The notes under the pieces were generated by a model. That model saw nothing but the letters and a program-made list of their open reading frames with translations, did no database searches and had not been told where the DNA came from. From contig JAQTPK010000001.1 in the NCBI GenBank assembly GCA_028712885.1, positions 40,302 to 104,301 on the forward strand: DNA of 64,000 bases. Direction: 5' to 3'. The stretch is from Syntrophales bacterium. GTDB lineage: Bacteria; Desulfobacterota; Syntrophia; Syntrophales; UBA4778. The translations under genes and the position numbers were made by a program. Of this stretch, positions 61,715-64,000 are shown in pieces. Numbering within the stretch: the first letter of the stretch is position 1; each line of letters begins with the position of its first letter.

Positions 61715-64000
61715 TCAATTCACGGACCGCATCATTTCCGGCCTTCTTCCCGCAATCATTTCCTCTACGAGTCGTTGCATAACCGCGGACTCTTCAAGAA
61801 GTTCTTTTTCCAGAAAGACCTCCCCGAGTCTGACAAGAATAAATCCCAGGCCGTCCAGACTGTCTATCGTCCCTTCGAGGTCGATGCGCTCGCTCCTGAT
61901 TACATGATCGAGGGCTTCCACGACACCTTCCCAATGGCCGCTTTTACCCATGGCGTATATCCCGCCCAGCTTGTAAAGGAGTTCTCTGGGCTCGATCTCC
62001 CTCGCGGAGATCATGCGTTCGATCCCTTCCTCGAGGCGGCCCTCGTCGAGCAAGGCCGTCCCCAGCAGGTAATCGGCGCGGGCGAGGTCCTTTCCGTCCA
62101 TCGTCCCGGGAAAACCGCCCCCCCCGAGCAGCCGGATGGCTTCATGATGCCGCGCCTCGCGGTGGGCCAGCTCGGCCGCGGCCAGTTTCAAATAGGGATC
62201 ATCGGGAAATCTCTTCCTCGATGATTCGATCTGGCCGCGAATTTCCATTCCCTGCTGAATGAAGAAAGTAATCAATCTTCCCCGCAGTCTCGGGTCCGCA
62301 AAATCAGAATCCAGGAAAAGCCCCCGCGCCTCCTCCAGATCTCCGGCCTTGATAAAATATAAAATGCCCTTTAAAAGATTGTTTGTCTCCCGCATATGGC
62401 CGAAAGATTTCCGGATCGCGGGCTTTTTCCTGTCTTCCCTCCATTCCCGGTCCTCAACGGAATGGGTTATACGGAAGAAATCCGCCCACTCAATTTTCAT
62501 TCCGGCCGCACGCAGAGATGATTCCGGAGTTTCGAAGGCGGCGCCCTCGAAATTCAGGTCCTTTCCGAGAGGAAGCAGGCGGATCGGGAATACCGGTTTA
62601 TCCGTTTTGGGAAGGCGGAGCATGATCGTCATCTCCTCGTCTTCCAGCTCCTCGTCGATCGCGATGGTAAAGGCGGTGTCTTTTTCCGCGGGCAAATGGA
62701 ATCTGGCCAGGGCCATCCTGATTCTCTGCCGGGGATCAATGAATTCATCGGCATCCAGGAACAGGACGTAGTCTCCCGACAGTTCCCGCAGCCCCGCGTT
62801 TCTGGCCTTGGCGAAATCGTCTTCCCACGGGATCTGAATCACCCGGCACCCGTACTCGGCCGCGATTTCCCGGGTCCGGTCGCTCGAACCGGTATCCACG
62901 ACCAGGATTTCATCGGCCGCATGCCGGACAGACTCGATGGCCCTGGCCAGGGATGCGCTTTCATCCCGGACTATCATGCAGACGCTCAGCCGGGAGCGGG
63001 TTTGATTGCGCTTCTTTACCTCTTCCAGAAGAGTCCTGTCGTAATAGTCATCCCGAAGGGCGAGCGCCTGCTCCAGCATGGAGATCCCCTCCGGGATTTC
63101 TCCCATGATCAGGCGGCATTTGCCCAGGGCGGATAAGGTTTCGGCCCTGTTGTTCATAATGCCAGATTCAATGAACTTCTCCAGATTCTTGACCGCTTTT
63201 TCCATCTCAAAGAGCTGGGCGTAAATGAGGCCGGCCGCCCGGTACGGGTCCGCGGTATCGAAGAATTCCCAGCTTGCTTCCCATTTTTCAAAGAAATTCC
63301 TGGCCTCTTCGAAACGCCCGAACTGATTCAAATAATGGATCATGATAAGGTACATCCGCTCGCTGCCGAAACCCTCTTCCATCCCACGGTAGTATCGGCC
63401 CATATCTTCGCTTGTAAGGACGCCGAAGCTCAGGAAGTTATCGCAGAACTCGTTCATCCGCTCTATGTCCTTGGAGTCGGGCGGCAAGTCCCCCCGCAGG
63501 TGTCGAATCTGATCTCTTATCTCTTCCGCGGGATCAGTCTCCTTCTCCTTTTCGCGGCAACAGTGCACTTCGATCCCCTTAAATAGCCTGCTCTCGAAGG
63601 AAAAAACATTATCCGGAGTGGAAATCATCAGTTTCAGCCCATTTGCGAAAAATTTCCGGCGGACCAGGCGTGCCTCCATTTTACAGTAAGCATAAGCGTG
63701 TCTGGATGGATGTCTGTAGCCGGAATCCTTCATCCAGATAAATTCGTCGAGCAGTTCAGGAGCCAGGTCTTCCCGGATGATCAAACTGTAACCCTTGGGC
63801 TCCCGATCGATATTCGCCAGGAGGTGAGGACGCTGCTCCACTGTGAGCTTCTCGTTCGGCCGGAGGAAAAGCGCCCAGTCCGACTTGCAGACAGTTTTCG
63901 GCGACGCCAGCGGGTTACGCTCTGTCTTGATCCCCGCCCGTTCGGCCGCTGCGATGCTCCCATCTTTCGATCCGAGGTCCAGATAGATTATGTCCCCGGT
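61715..64000 (-). CDS. multi-domain GT2 glycosyltransferase / TPR protein (5' end off-window)
   Basis: Complete GT2 domain LSVCMIVRDESASL..ILVVDTGSSDRT..FLDADEFI, flanked by TPR-like helices. The frame stays open upstream of the GTG at 63841 to the window end and encodes a second GT2-like start (IIYLDLGSKDGSIAAAERAG). Confidence 0.8.
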   Translation of the reverse strand, partial: TGDIIYLDLGSKDGSIAAAERAGIKTERNPLASPKTVCKSDWALFLRPNEKLTVEQRPHLLANIDREPKGYSLIIREDLAPELLDEFIWMKDSGYRHPSRHAYAYCKMEARLVRRKFFANGLKLMISTPDNVFSFESRLFKGIEVHCCREKEKETDPAEEIRDQIRHLRGDLPPDSKDIERMNEFCDNFLSFGVLTSEDMGRYYRGMEEGFGSERMYLIMIHYLNQFGRFEEARNFFEKWEASWEFFDTADPYRAAGLIYAQLFEMEKAVKNLEKFIESGIMNNRAETLSALGKCRLIMGEIPEGISMLEQALALRDDYYDRTLLEEVKKRNQTRSRLSVCMIVRDESASLARAIESVRHAADEILVVDTGSSDRTREIAAEYGCRVIQIPWEDDFAKARNAGLRELSGDYVLFLDADEFIDPRQRIRMALARFHLPAEKDTAFTIAIDEELEDEEMTIMLRLPKTDKPVFPIRLLPLGKDLNFEGAAFETPESSLRAAGMKIEWADFFRITHSVEDREWREDRKKPAIRKSFGHMRETNNLLKGILYFIKAGDLEEARGLFLDSDFADPRLRGRLITFFIQQGMEIRGQIESSRKRFPDDPYLKLAAAELAHREARHHEAIRLLGGGGFPGTMDGKDLARADYLLGTALLDEGRLEEGIERMISAREIEPRELLYKLGGIYAMGKSGHWEGVVEALDHVIRSERIDLEGTIDSLDGLGFILVRLGEVFLEKELLEESAVMQRLVEEMIAGRRPEMMRSVN

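Overview
This window is an almost complete flagellar and motility super-locus from a moderately GC-rich Gram-negative bacterium. The gene order resembles Geobacter/Syntrophus-type Desulfobacterota, but that taxon is inference only.

Plus strand, about 2.8-48.9 kb:
- A sigma-54 enhancer-binding response regulator, an exported SPOR+TPR protein, a soluble PAS histidine kinase and a second sigma-54 response regulator.
- flgBC-fliEFGHIJ and a MotE/YlxF-like gene, then a type IB topoisomerase inserted on the opposite strand.
- fliK-flgDE, motA plus two motB paralogs, and fliLMNOPQR-flhBAFG-fliA.
- A six-gene block of poorly characterised genes: a second fliL, a small exported protein, a degenerate histidine-kinase-like protein, two small proteins, and a FliK-C-like plus stand-alone FlhB-C-like pair.
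- flgFGAHI, a rod-binding-only flgJ, flgM, flgN, flgKL, csrA and fliW.

Minus strand, about 48.9-64 kb: a tandem GT2/TPR gene (5' end off-window), a Maf-type flagellin-modification gene with a truncated paralog, a GT9 gene, fliC, a 1140-aa fliD, fliS, a small ORF, flaG and a GT-B/TPR gene.

Left edge: the yggS 3' end and a minus-strand small-ORF / HD-GYP response-regulator unit.

Five sigma-54 (-24/-12) and five sigma-28 promoter candidates can be read directly from the sequence. The most unusual non-genic signal is a set of intergenic palindromes whose arms are tandem arrays of degenerate 7-nt units. They recur in most intergenic gaps and fall into a few sequence families.

I recognised no rRNA, tRNA, CRISPR array, transposase or integrase. 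All protein calls rest on motifs read by eye, with no database search, and start codons are best guesses.
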